A stretch of 60,492 bases of DNA, counting the filler, from Dirinaria sp. TL-2023a (lineage: Eukaryota): NCBI GenBank assembly GCA_051941275.1. It is 5 parts of 5 records of this genome, joined end to end, with 100 filler letters (N's around TTAATTAATTAA, not from the genome) between each part and the next. Parts side by side here need not be neighbours in the genome. Positions count along the whole stretch, not along the records: positions 12,138 to 24,171 come from JAVEBF010000796.1; positions 24,272 to 36,297 come from JAVEBF010000797.1; 3 more parts are not named here. One strand, 5' to 3'. Numbering within the stretch: position 1 is the stretch's first letter; each line of letters begins with the position of its first letter. This document shows, piece after piece, positions 22,269 to 33,944 of the stretch. Below the pieces are notes generated by a model. The model was not told where the DNA came from. It saw nothing but the letters and a program-made list of their open reading frames with translations, and did not search any database. Both the position numbers and the translations under genes were made by a program.

Positions 22269-24171
22269 GGATGGCAGAGATGCCGATGAACGTCTAACGA
22301 TTTGTATATTTTTCCAACCTGCAGATGGCAGGATATATGGAAAAGTTGAGAGGATATAAATGTGGACCCGCAAGGTAAGATAAGGTGGTCAGAAGATCTA
22401 AGGTATGCCTCACGAAAAGAAGAGTGGATATTTCAAGATCTTTAGCTTCTACTGCATGTGTTTTAATTTGGCCAAAAAAGGACTCGAGCGTGGAAGGCAG
22501 TATAAGTACTAAATGTTGGAATCCTGGTGGGGAATGATGTTTCCAAATATCCCTCGATCACCCAATTTCCATGAAAAACGTACTGAAGCGGAATCACCAG
22601 GTATTACTCAAGCAGGTCATTCTTGACAGTCGCACTTTCAAGTCTGGTCTTTGACACACCGGTCAACGTGTTTGAGTCAGTTCGAGGTCACACTCGTAGG
22701 AAGTGTTTGGGATCTCTTTTCACTCATATCCTCGCTATGATCGTGATCTGTCCCAAGAGAACGTTCTATGAAAATGTTCCAATATGCATGCAGTGCGGTA
22801 AAGATACGGTGATTCACCGTGAGATGCGGAAATGGTACGGAGTAAGTCAGGCGGAGAGGAGAGGGTGTCAAGTACTTTAGTGGTAGTAGCGCTTCTGCAA
22901 GGCTTAGCATTCCCTTCTGCATGAAGCGTACGGACCCCCGGGACGGAGTGAACGTGGCTGGACAGATTGACCACCGGCAAAATGCTGGTGGAAGTCTTCA
23001 TTGTGCATTCTGCAGCCCATGCCGACGCCTTGAAGATACCTTCATTTCCTCTAGGGTCAGGTAGCTTCGACACACCTTGAGGTACCTTGGGTGTCATGGC
23101 CTGGTTTAGGGTTAGGGGTAGGGTTAATCGTGGCCTTGTCTCCGAGGCCGAGGAAGCATCGCTGTCTCGACTGTCGACAGTTCTCGATCCCAACCGCTAC
23201 ACTCAGTGATCGTCAATCAGCGGTAACTCAAACTTCGCAGGTCTCGTAACTGTCACCGGCGTCTACCGTAACATCTACTGCTCTACCGTCCTTGGCCTGG
23301 GAAATCAAAGGTGGTGTTCAGAAAGCGCTTACTGCGACCGTGCTAAGCGGGCGAGGCATTGCAACCAGCCCCAGCCAGCGCTTGCCTTTCTCCCTCATTC
23401 GCTTCTCGCCATGCTGGAAAAATGTTCCAGTGGCCTTATTTGTTGAGGTGAGGCGGCTGCTGGAATGAATGTTGGTTTCATGAGGCATGAGGCATTGCCA
23501 ACCCTCAAGGATGTCGGAATTGCGCAGCACCTTCCTCACTCCAGGAGTCACCGTTTTTGGTTCTTCTTCCCGCCTGTGTCTACCGGGCGCAATGGGGCTT
23601 CGGCTTCACCCTCCTCTTCCTGTTCCTCTTCCTAGAACTCTCGTCCTTTATTCCCAATCTGTGCGACGCGGAAGCGAAGGAGTGGCCATGTGTGAAACTT
23701 GGTTCGCCGAGGGACTTATGATATATAATCTTGATGCAAGAATCCGGTGTGGTGAAATGGGCGCTGTGAACAAGTTTCTCTCACACTCGCATCTGCACTG
23801 CTCTGCCCATCTGCCGGAGGAAGGAGGAAATTGTGTCTGCGCCCGTCGCCTCTTTCGATTTCTTGTGCTGCTTTTATTCCTAAACAACTACGTCTCCTTC
23901 CTTTTTGTCGGGCGTTCACTTTGCACAAGCATTGCCCCGATTGTCGAGATCTGACAACTTTTCTCCTCATTCTTCATTTCGCTTCGTTTCGCTCTCGCCT
24001 CACATTTCACACTCATTATCTGTCCAAAACCGAACCACACCACACCATCGTCTCGCATTCCCTTCCATCCCCAGCCCCAGATGCATAAAAAGCCATCATC
24101 CGCTCGCCCACGACTCGAAACCTATCGCGCGCTCTTCGAAGGCCTACTCTACCACCTCTCCTGTCCAACAT

Positions 24172-24271
24172 NNNNNNNNNNNNNNNNNNNNNNNNNNNNN
24201 NNNNNNNNNNNNNNNTTAATTAATTAANNNNNNNNNNNNNNNNNNNNNNNNNNNNNNNNNNNNNNNNNNNN
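24172..24271. other. Artificial contig-joining spacer
   Basis: 44 N + TTAATTAATTAA + 44 N. Confidence 0.98.
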
Positions 24272-25039
24272 GGTGGGAAGAGAGGGGTGAAGTATAGAAT
24301 CGAGAGTCTGAGAGGCTTCGACTTCTTCCCTCAGACGGGGCACGTGGAAGGCGTGGCGTTTTTGGAGAGGGTTGATTGAGCGAATGTTGGCTTGTGCCGG
24401 GTTTGGAGGAGCTTCGTGTTTTATAGATTTGTAGTGAATTGATAATGTCCCCTTTTTTTTTTGAAAAGAGCAGCTGCTGGCGGCATCGGAGATGGACAGT
24501 GGTCTGAAATATACACCTTGGGTTACGAAGATCTGATCCAGTATGTATGCCTCTCATTCGCCACCTCCTTGCTACGTGGTAAACTCTGAAGATTTGGTCC
24601 CAAATATAGTATATATATACCTTATACATTTACTGATTGAGAATTTTTGGGTTAGGTTTAAAAGGTGATACCTTCACATTTCTATTACATTCCACTGTAC
24701 GAGCACCTTACTTTTCGCAAGACGATATTCGTTAGACGTTGTCAAGGGTAGAGAGGAATTAATGGTTGGCTGGCTACATGGGAAACAGTTTGAACAGTCT
24801 TCGTTGCGAGGAATCACGCTTATTGTTATATGGCTATTGTATGTACAGCTCATGACTACCTTAGTGCTACTCTGTATAGAGCGTCTATTTACTCAAACCG
24901 CGCAGCCCCCATGCTCTGTATATTCCACGTCATGCTCGGAATCCATCATGATCCATTCAGCTACCTTCTCTGATTTTCTCACGCCGTCAACCTTCCATTC
25001 CCCCTTCCTGCCCCAAAAACGAGCCACACTATGTTGAGG

Positions 25040-27541
25040 TTATGCAGCCAGAACTCCTTCTCCATCCACTTGCTGATACTCCCGATTTTCAAATTCCGCT
25101 CTGCTCCCAGGTTTTAATCGCCACAGCTTTGGAGGTTTAGGCTTAGGAGGTTGTGGAGTGTCCTGAATTGGGTATGCTCTCCAGGGGACGAAGTCTGACT
25201 TGCAACCCTCTTTCTCTTTTGTTACCGGTGCTGGTTCAATGCTCGAAACGGGATGGCTGATTGCGGGTTCTTGAGCGCTCGGAGCAGCGTCGTGAATGTC
25301 CGACGGCGTGGTATTTTCGGCTATGGCCGTTGCTGGCGACGGTGTCGTTACAGAATCCAATGGAATACGTTCCCACAATATAGCTCGCGCTGATGAGGAG
25401 TCGTGCTTACGAGGCTTCTTGTGCCATGGCTCGATAGGGCTGAAAAGCTTCTTGGATTCCATTTGCTGATTTCGGTCACGGCGGTACTTTTTGTTTTGCT
25501 CCACCCGATTCGCTAGGACTTGTAACGCAGATTCCTTTTTCCTATGTGTCAAGGCTCTGGGGCTGTCTCTGTGCATTTGTCGAATATGGATATACACGTT
25601 GAAGCTGGTGCTGGATTTACCAAGCTCAGGATCGAGCTCTGCAATGTCCAAGGCGATTTTAGCGATCCTATAGGCCAGATGTTCCAGGGCATGCTCGAAA
25701 AAGTTGCGCCATCGACCGATCTTGAGCGTCAACTTGCTGGAAGAGGCAGCAACATCCGCGTGGCGTAGAAATTGGATGATTGGCTGCTCTACAAATTTCT
25801 CTGGGGTATCCCAAATTGTCGGCGGTAGCACGCGGTTGCGCACGCCATACTCCAGAACTTCTCCAAATTCGACATGCTTCCCATGGCATCGGCATAGCTC
25901 CAGCATGAACGACAATGCAGCCCGACTGGCTCCCTCAGCCAGACCGCATATCTGTCGCCAGACTACGACCCCAGCTTTCCAATCTTGAAGCCGAAGGCAA
26001 TAATCCAAGAAGGATCCCAGGACATGGATACTCGTGTCCCATCCGTCTTCGATCATTTGAAGGTAATATGTCATCGCCGTTTTTGGTTCGTCAAACTTCA
26101 ATGCTCCGTCGATCAATGCTCCATACACGTAAGAGTCCATGCAATTCATGCGAGCCACCTCTCTTAGCATAGGAACTGTACGCCTTGGACTCGATGTCAC
26201 CCCAGCTGGCTCGCCAGGCCTACATTTCAACTTGCCTGACTTCCAGTAGTCACGCAGAAGCCATTTGTCCGTTTCGCTCTGAGGCAAACACGCAGTATGT
26301 TTTTCAAATACCATGTAGCGCCATTTCACGCTGTGAGTACGACTTAGATTTGGATTAGCGATAGCTAATCCCCCGCGTGAGCCTTTCATTCTTAGAGTCA
26401 TGTCGAAAAACCCGCTCTTATCCTTGATCGCTGTGTAAAAACGTAACATCAAAGTTAACGTCATTTTGTTAGGTCTTATATGGCTTTCGCGCATCGCCTC
26501 AATGACTGCTCTTACGTCTACCCACCTCTTGAGTCGAGTTAACCAAATTATCAAGTTGTTGAAGAAATTTATATCTGGGGGAAGTCGTGAGTCGAGCAGG
26601 ATACCGGAAATGTCAAAAAGTAGTTTCTGAATTCGCTGATCGTTACTACGGTCGTAGTTTTTAAATTCTTTTAAGGCAATGTGAAGGTAGTGGTTCGGCG
26701 ACAATGTGTCCTTGTCTACCACCGGACGATAAGTGGGGCTGACAGGAGACTGGAAACGGCGCCAATCCACTTCATTAAGTTTTTTTGACCGGATAAAACA
26801 GAGCTTTTCACTGCAAAGATCAATTTGTGACCGTATAGGGTTGAGTTGAGAATGTAGAAACAGGCTGTCCTTTCGACTTTGAGACTGGTTCCCATCGAGT
26901 GCACCTCCGAGCCGATCGACTGACGCCTTCTCGGATGACTCCAAAAGACGAAACGCAAGCTTTCGAACTGACCATGCGATGGTCCTTATTTTCTTATCGG
27001 ACAGAGCCTGGGGCTCTAATGCATAGGCACTTTCGCAATCGGTCGGCTCTTTCAAGCGGGCGATCACTGGATCTGAAAGCAGTTCCTGGATCTCGCTCGT
27101 GTTCAATTGCTTCAGAAGGTTCAATGGAGGTCCGGGCAATTCGCGGAAGCCGAGAGCTTCTCTATCATCCATTGTCTGCTTCGCCGTGTCGAAGAGGGTT
27201 CCCCACTTATTGTGAATGCGTGCAGCAGGTGTGTTGCTTTGCTGTGTTTGCAACAACAATTCTATGCGACCACGCTGCTTGTCCTCAATGACCTCTAATT
27301 CGTCCCTTGCTTCTTGAATAAGCCTCTCCCATTCTCTGAGTCGAGCATCCTTTCTACTGGTATCTGCGACAGCGGCCGAAGCGAGGACGGTAGAGTAGAA
27401 CATAGTGAACAGGTCTCGGAAGCGTACACGGCGCCTGAGTGCAGGAGAGGTCGAGCCGTGGCTGAGAGCTGTCGTAGAATAGCAGAAAGCGCATTTGCAT
27501 GTACACCCAGCCTGGGCGGCGCGAGCCCAGATGCTCTGCAT
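25040..27541 (-). CDS. Pentatricopeptide-repeat (PPR) protein, probably mitochondrial, 833 aa
   Basis: PPR-like units PDINFFNNLIIWL..., PNKMTLTLMLRFY... and YVYGALIDGALKFDEPKTAMTYYLQMIEDG. Arg-rich N-terminus with CTCKCAFC. Confidence 0.75.
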   Translation of the reverse strand: MQSIWARAAQAGCTCKCAFCYSTTALSHGSTSPALRRRVRFRDLFTMFYSTVLASAAVADTSRKDARLREWERLIQEARDELEVIEDKQRGRIELLLQTQQSNTPAARIHNKWGTLFDTAKQTMDDREALGFRELPGPPLNLLKQLNTSEIQELLSDPVIARLKEPTDCESAYALEPQALSDKKIRTIAWSVRKLAFRLLESSEKASVDRLGGALDGNQSQSRKDSLFLHSQLNPIRSQIDLCSEKLCFIRSKKLNEVDWRRFQSPVSPTYRPVVDKDTLSPNHYLHIALKEFKNYDRSNDQRIQKLLFDISGILLDSRLPPDINFFNNLIIWLTRLKRWVDVRAVIEAMRESHIRPNKMTLTLMLRFYTAIKDKSGFFDMTLRMKGSRGGLAIANPNLSRTHSVKWRYMVFEKHTACLPQSETDKWLLRDYWKSGKLKCRPGEPAGVTSSPRRTVPMLREVARMNCMDSYVYGALIDGALKFDEPKTAMTYYLQMIEDGWDTSIHVLGSFLDYCLRLQDWKAGVVVWRQICGLAEGASRAALSFMLELCRCHGKHVEFGEVLEYGVRNRVLPPTIWDTPEKFVEQPIIQFLRHADVAASSSKLTLKIGRWRNFFEHALEHLAYRIAKIALDIAELDPELGKSSTSFNVYIHIRQMHRDSPRALTHRKKESALQVLANRVEQNKKYRRDRNQQMESKKLFSPIEPWHKKPRKHDSSSARAILWERIPLDSVTTPSPATAIAENTTPSDIHDAAPSAQEPAISHPVSSIEPAPVTKEKEGCKSDFVPWRAYPIQDTPQPPKPKPPKLWRLKPGSRAEFENREYQQVDGEGVLAA

Positions 27542-27895
27542 GCTGTACTCAGCTGTTAGTAGCCAACTCGGTACAGCCTAACACAGCGGCGTTATATTGG
27601 CAGCTACCACTGCTTTGAGGTTCCGCATGCTGAGGACCTCGTACTAAGATAGGTGCCTTGAGTACTACTTGCAGGTACCTAAATGATGAAGTACCTCACC
27701 TTACCTTAAGTAAGGTACATACCTTACATACCTTATGGATCTACCGGGATCTAAACAAACAAGCTAAATGTGCCAAGAAATCATAACCGCGAAACTGCAT
27801 GCTCGATCCTTCAAGACCGAGAACTGCAATTCGCAACTTGCATGATCACTTCGTTCCAGATTCATTCGTCGACGGCAAATCTACGACACTAAAAC

Positions 27896-28591
27896 ATGCT
27901 TGCACTTACATTGACAGCAGATCTCACGGGGTACATTACTCGTTTGCTATCCTCCAGTATCCGCTGAAATTAGCGCGTTAGGGTTACCGATTTACAGCCG
28001 CTCGATACTCAAGACGAACCGCATTTCTACACGTTCAAAGTTCAATGCACCTCTTGCCGAGAGACTCATCCCAATTGGGTGAGCATCAGCCGCTTCGTCT
28101 GTCCAGACCACCGAGAATCTTGAGCCGTCCTGCAGAGGCCTAATTGCTTGAGCAGGAATCCAGTGATATGCCAGGAAGCCGGGGGGAAGCTAATTTTGTA
28201 TGGCGATGCAAGACTTGTAAGGTTGGCATGTTTAGATGTCGAGAGAGTACCTATGTTCGTTGACTTTACAACAAGAGGGAGAGCACGGCCAACATCAAGA
28301 ATGCACCTACTGCCTATAGCCAAATGATTCCACCGAAGGCCCAGAACATCATTGAATTCGATTGCCGTGGTTTGGAATTCACCGAATTCAAGCCTGAAGT
28401 ATCCCAAGTACAATATATCATCGAGAGCAATACTGATGTGGCCATAGGGCGAGTGGACAGCCAAAGGGCTGGAGTCCGCAACCAAATTCTCCGGCGTTGA
28501 TCTGCAAGACGGTGAGTGGTATGATTACGATGAAAAGGCCGGGGAAGAGGTCAGTATCAAGGATATCAAATGGGCGATACGGCGCGCCTAA
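27896..28591 (+). CDS. DUF866 / UPF0587 CXXC zinc-binding protein (CZIB/C1orf123-like)
   Basis: Missed by the ORF track because of several introns. Spliced reading MLALTLTADLTGVTDLQP...FYTFKVQCTSCRETH...GSRGEANFVWRCKTCK...FDCRGLEFTEFKP...GEWYDYDEKAGEEVSIKDIKWAIRRA*. Confidence 0.88.
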
Positions 28592-29565
28592 GATAACCGA
28601 GACAAAGCAACAAGGTGGCCCTCAAGAAAATGAGAGGCATAATAGCACAAAGGGAGAGAAGGTGGACCTTTCTTTCCACTAAACAATACGAAATCCTACC
28701 ATTTGTGCACAGTGAGACTTTCCAAGGTAACAGTCCATTCTCTAGATGCTAGAATTTGGAATACTTCCAGTCACGAGCCCAGACCAAGATTCGACCAATC
28801 AGCGGTGTTGTTAGCCGCGCGTTTAGGCGGCAACGGGTTGTTTCCTTAGTACTTGTTCCTGATGAATAATTTCTGTGCCTTCTTGTTGTATGTACTTGCC
28901 AAAAGGTAAAGACAAAGTTGCCTGTGGGAAGGAGCCACAATGCTGGCCAGAGCCAAGAATATGTGTTGGAGCTGTTGTCTCTAGCTTCTGTCACCTTCTA
29001 CAGCAACATTCTAGCTGAACCTCTCTCTTTCCTCTGCAACCACTCTGGTCCAACTCCCACAACGCTCATTTTACCTCTCTCAAGTGCGAGCAGCACTATT
29101 ATTCGGCCACATCGTAACAACATTCTATCTTTCTCAACTCTGCTAAATTTTGAATGCTGGTCATTCACAGCTGATTGCCACGCACCAGTGCCTTTACTTT
29201 TCGTCTCACTTCTACTAAAATCCTCTTCCTGTGCTGACACTCCTTAATGTGTGTTCAGCCTTCGAAGCTCATTACATTCAAAGCTACGATCACCAGTCTC
29301 ATCAAACTATGTTCTAGCAAATCCAGCAGCAGCAACCTCTGTTCTGGGACTCTGGAAAGTCTGTTCCATCCCTGACACATACATTTCACTTACCAGACCT
29401 CGAAGACTAGCACAGCAGCTTCAACTGTATCTGTGCGCTCTAAGTAGCACTCCTCCGTCGCTGCAGGACATGTACTAATTGTATCCCACTTTCACCTGCT
29501 CTCAAGGCTAGCAAAAAGGGCTTAGGTAGCTGTGTCTGTACGTGGCACGTGAGGCTAAAGTCATA

Positions 29566-31893
29566 ATGAGCGCGCCTAGCATGTCTACAAACGTTATCAA
29601 ACCTACCCGTCGCCATCGTGTGGCTGGCGACGTGTGTGCCATTTTTGTCCATGCTGGCGCCGGATACCATAGCGTCCAGAACGAAAAAATCCATCTGCAA
29701 GCCTGTGAAGAGTGAGTCCAGTCCCTTATTGAAGGCATTTGCTTGAGTTGGAAGCAAGTCTTGAGCCGTGGCGCGATGATCAAGCACCAAACTAACATCG
29801 TGATAGTGCCTCTCGAGCTGCGATGGCGATTCTGAGGAATGGCAACAGTGCCGTAGATGCAGTAGAGATGGCTATTAAAACGTTAGAAGACAAGGATATC
29901 ACGAATGCCGGATTCGGAAGCAACTTGACGATGCAAGGTGTGGTTGAATGTGATGCGACGATCGTTGATAACTTTGGACGCAGTGGAGCGATCGGTGCAG
30001 TTGGTGGTAGGCGAAATACATAGATATCATATCTTATAGGCTGCGCGCTGACTTGCGATTAGGGATAAGAAATCCTATTAATCTGGCTCGGCTTGTACTC
30101 GAGCATACAAGCAAACCGCTATCGCTTCGACGAGTGCCACCTAATCTTTTGGTTGGTGCCGGCGCCACAGATTTTGCTGCAGAGAAAGGAATGCCAATCC
30201 TACCACCTGACTGCCTCATATCCGTACCTGCTCACGAGCGTTACCAGAAGTGGAAAGCCGACATTGAGAAAATCTACACAAAGTCGACCGACCACGCAAT
30301 TGAAAACCCCAATGAGCCTCACGCGATGCGTCTTGACGACCGAGTGGAAGGCCAGCATAAGACAAATGCATCGGAGACTGCACAGCTGGATGACCCGAGC
30401 GCACGACAACTCGCTCCTTGTTGGAACGAAAGCCAGCCGTACTCACCACGGCCGAGTCCATCGATTTCACCAGCTCCAGAGCATAGACTAGAGCCAATAT
30501 CGGAAGCAGGCGTAGCTCAAATCCCGTCCCATCGCCCGAGCACTGCTACCGAATGGAAATTAGCAGCCAATGATTTAAAGCTTCAATATCCAAAGGATCA
30601 GAACATTGACGTAGCGACCCCTGCGGGAAGGAATCACATAATCCAGCTCCTTCATAGTGACAAAGCTTTCGCTGAGCGCCAAGGTTGGGGATATGGCGGT
30701 CAGGGAAACGATGGTCAGAGATCCAGCCACGTTGATGAAAGTGATGACGACGATACTGCCAGTTCTATCGACTTTGATCCACCGTCACCGACCCGGTGCG
30801 TCCGGCGATTGTCCAGTCGGGATCCTTCGACACCAAGCTTGGACGGTGACGACGGTGCACTTGGTAAGCCAAATATTCCTGTCAATCCTCCGCCCTCCCT
30901 AAACGAGGATACGGTTTCTCAAATGGGTCTACAAGAGGAGCCGTTAGAGAGTACCCCCACTAGCCACATCAACCTCATGACCGGGTCCGACAACGCAGAA
31001 GGTAGGGCAGAAGGTAGGGCAGAAGGTCGGGTAGGAGGTCGGGCAGAAGATCTCATCACAGATACTGTTGGCGCCATTGCAGTTGACTGTTTTGGCAACA
31101 TTGCCGCCGGCTCGTCGTCTGGAGGTATTGGAATGAAGCACAGTGGCCGCGTCGGCCCAGCAGCTCTAGTCGGCATAGGAACCGCTGTCATACCAATCGA
31201 GCCAGAAGACCATGAAAAAACGAGCGTGGCGACAGTTACTAGTGGGACTGGTGAGCATATGGCAACAACAATGGCAGCGTATAGCTGCGCAAATCGGATC
31301 TACGCTTCGGAGCAAAGGACCAGCCAGGGTGGAAGCGAGTCAACCAGTGATGACAACGCGATCAAAGCCTATGTAGAGAGAGACTTCATGGGTAAGACAT
31401 GAGATGCGCATGTGTGTGGTGTGCTAACACATTACTCTGGCAGGGCACCCAAGTGTAAGGCATAGCCTTTCAGCCGCGGCTATTGGCGTTCTTGGAGTGA
31501 AGAAGACCGTAGACGGAATACGACTGTATTTCGCTCACAACACCGATTCTTTTGTGAGTGCAATGCTTGGACAAATGCTTGGGCCATGCACCTATTGACG
31601 TTCCACAGGCCGTTGCATCCATGTCCTCATCCGATCACAAGCCGAAATCACTAATGTCCCGCAATCGAGGCGATGGCCAAGTCCTCACTGGAGGACGCTC
31701 ACTCAGACATCATCGCGGAAGTCCCTCGTTTCATCATTCGACATGGGTAGCCAATCCAGTCGACGAGCTTGATGCTGGTCCTGCAGCAAAACGTGCAAGG
31801 AAGACGCGGTTACCCAGATTAGGCCAACATGCGGCATCGGATGAGAGGATGCATCAGCAAAAGGCGGAGCAAGGGACCGCTGCCGCTCCTTAA
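29566..31893 (+). CDS. TASP1: Threonine aspartase (taspase-1, asparaginase-2 / Ntn hydrolase family)
   Basis: Motifs AIFVHAGAGYHS, NAGFGSNL, ECDAT, the autocleavage site DLITD/TVGAIAVD, SSGGIGMKHSGRVG, SGTGE and FAHNTDSF. Four introns. Confidence 0.9.
30995..31049 (+). repeat. In-frame 12-bp tandem repeat (GCAGAAGGTAGG, ~4.5 copies) encoding AEGR
   Basis: gcagaaggtagg gcagaaggtagg gcagaaggtcgg gtaggaggtcgg gcagaag. Confidence 0.9.
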
Positions 31894-32130
31894 AGTGGCT
31901 GAGCAGGGCAACCTTCATATACTAATCCTAAGTCTGTATCACACTTTGTGTGTAATTCTAAGGAGATCAGCTCGTCAGTACCGAGCCTCTCTTATAGCTT
32001 GCTCTAGCATCGGCTGCTATTGGCTGAAGCCTTCTGGACAGCAGCAACTGCAGAGTGCCTGGAGTAGCACGCATGAAATCTATGCTCTTAAGCTCGTAAA
32101 TTGTTTCTCGTGATATCATAGCCTGCATTC

Positions 32131-33298
32131 TCACTTATCCACCCTCTTCTTCTTTTTTCTCGGTACTACTGCAGGCCGTTTCCCGTAATCTCCAAGCTTC
32201 AAATGTGTCCCACAAGTCAGGCATAGTGCTCCTTCTGGCGGTGCACAGAAAACTAAAGTCACAAGTCATTACTCACAGTTCCCATCAATGCTCTACGCAA
32301 TATCGCGTAACAACTTACTGCTTAAGCAGATACTACATACAAACCCCACATCCACCACCTTCCGATGACAGAAACACGCAGCTCTGAAATCTACTCCCAC
32401 CTGCGTCGGATTAACTAGATGGCGCCGGCTGCTCGCATCCGGTAAGAACCCCATCATCAAATACTGCAGCAAACCCTGTGGATGTTCAAGCTTCATGTAC
32501 GTCCCCTTTGTAGCGTCCGATGCTTGTTGCAAGAACACCGTGTCTCCAGCTATTTTCGCGATATCAATCGGTATGCTGAGGCGCTGACAGGCGAATATGG
32601 TGTTCATAATTGGGATGTATTGATGCGCTAGGTCGCCGGACACGGAGAGGATGAGGATCCGGGATGCTAGTGAGGGAGGGCGGCCAGCGCTCGGGTCGTT
32701 GTTGGCGCCGGAGTTGGTTGAGGGCGTGGAAGAGAGCAGGGTGCCGGTTTTGTGGATGTGGGTCAGTGCGAGGGTCAGGGCGCCGGCTATTGAGGTCGTG
32801 GCGGAAAGGGTGGAGGGTGAGGTTGTGGCAATCAGATTTTTGAGAGAATTGATCAGCGATTCCTGCACCAGGCGGAAGGGTCGATAGGTGTTTGCGTCGA
32901 TATCGACCGAGGGGACGCCATCGACCATTTCCACATCGTCCGAAGAGCCATTGTGAGCTGATGCGCCGTTTGTCGCGCTGGACGATGATGAGGGTGACGG
33001 GGGCGGTGGATAGAGGAAGACAGCTTTCTGGGTGTGGCTTGCTAGAACAGCGATTTTATTCGCATGATTGAATGCCAGGTGGGCGTTGATGAAAACAAGA
33101 AGGTTGGCTACGGCGGTCGATAATGGGAGGACTGGAGCAAGGAGGGTCCAAGCATGAGGGTTCGTGTCCAGAATTATAGTCAGGAGGGAAGCAGGTGGCT
33201 CTGGGAATGATGTCAGTCATTGGCTGCGGAAAGGCAGGAGCTGGGTGAATACCGTCACTTGTTTTGCTGTAGTGATCTGAGCCATCGACCGCGTTCAT
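32131..33298 (-). CDS. TFB4: TFIIH subunit p34
   Basis: Motifs IILDTNPHAW, FINAHLAFNHANKIAVLASH, LAHQYIPIMNTIFACQR, FLQQASDAT, VDFRAACFCH, VCSICLS and CLTC. Two introns. Confidence 0.93.
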
Positions 33299-33944
33299 AT
33301 TTTCATCTGTCGCGTCTCAAAAAAGCTCTCAACACAGCAGCTGTGTCGCAACACTATCGTTTCCTGCACAGTCTCTTCTCTGCATTTCTGAGCTGACTCT
33401 CGCATCACTGCATGACAGATTCAAAGTATGTATTAGAACTGTGAATCATTAGTCCGGATTTTGCGGAGATACTAAAACTGCAGCCAAGCCTGACAACCGC
33501 GCGTTTAAATAATGGCAAAGAAGGCGAAGAAGTCGAAGAAGCCAATGAGGGCTGAGAGGGAGGAAGAGGAAGAAGAAGAAATTCCTATCAACTATAGCTT
33601 GCAACCTGACGGCAGTAAGTCTTTCTCATGATACAGCCTTTTGTCTCTGAGAGTTGTGTATGAAGTTCCACATCATTCAAGGGTGAACTATTGTGATTAT
33701 GTAGGCGCCGAGACTTTTGGTGCCGAGTCATCTTGTCTATCGAGCGAGAAGGGCTAGTCAGCCTGCAATTCCAAATTCATCCCACATATTTTCTAGCTCT
33801 TACTGGTATCAAGGACCAGGCTTCCAATTTTTGTGCGGGGACTTGTTGTCACCTATCTCTTTGCCCAAAACAAGAAGATGAAGAACATTTAATATCGTCA
33901 GCCAAATTTTTGTATCGTTGGGTCTTGAAACCTCGAAACTAATC

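Noticed and set aside
23106..23123. TTAGGG TTAGGG GTAGGG telomere-like run
   Set aside because: Only two perfect units, internal to the contig; too short to call a telomere.
22735..23970. Several 77-155 aa ORFs on both strands
   Set aside because: No recognisable motifs or consistent exon structure; more likely UTR or intergenic DNA.
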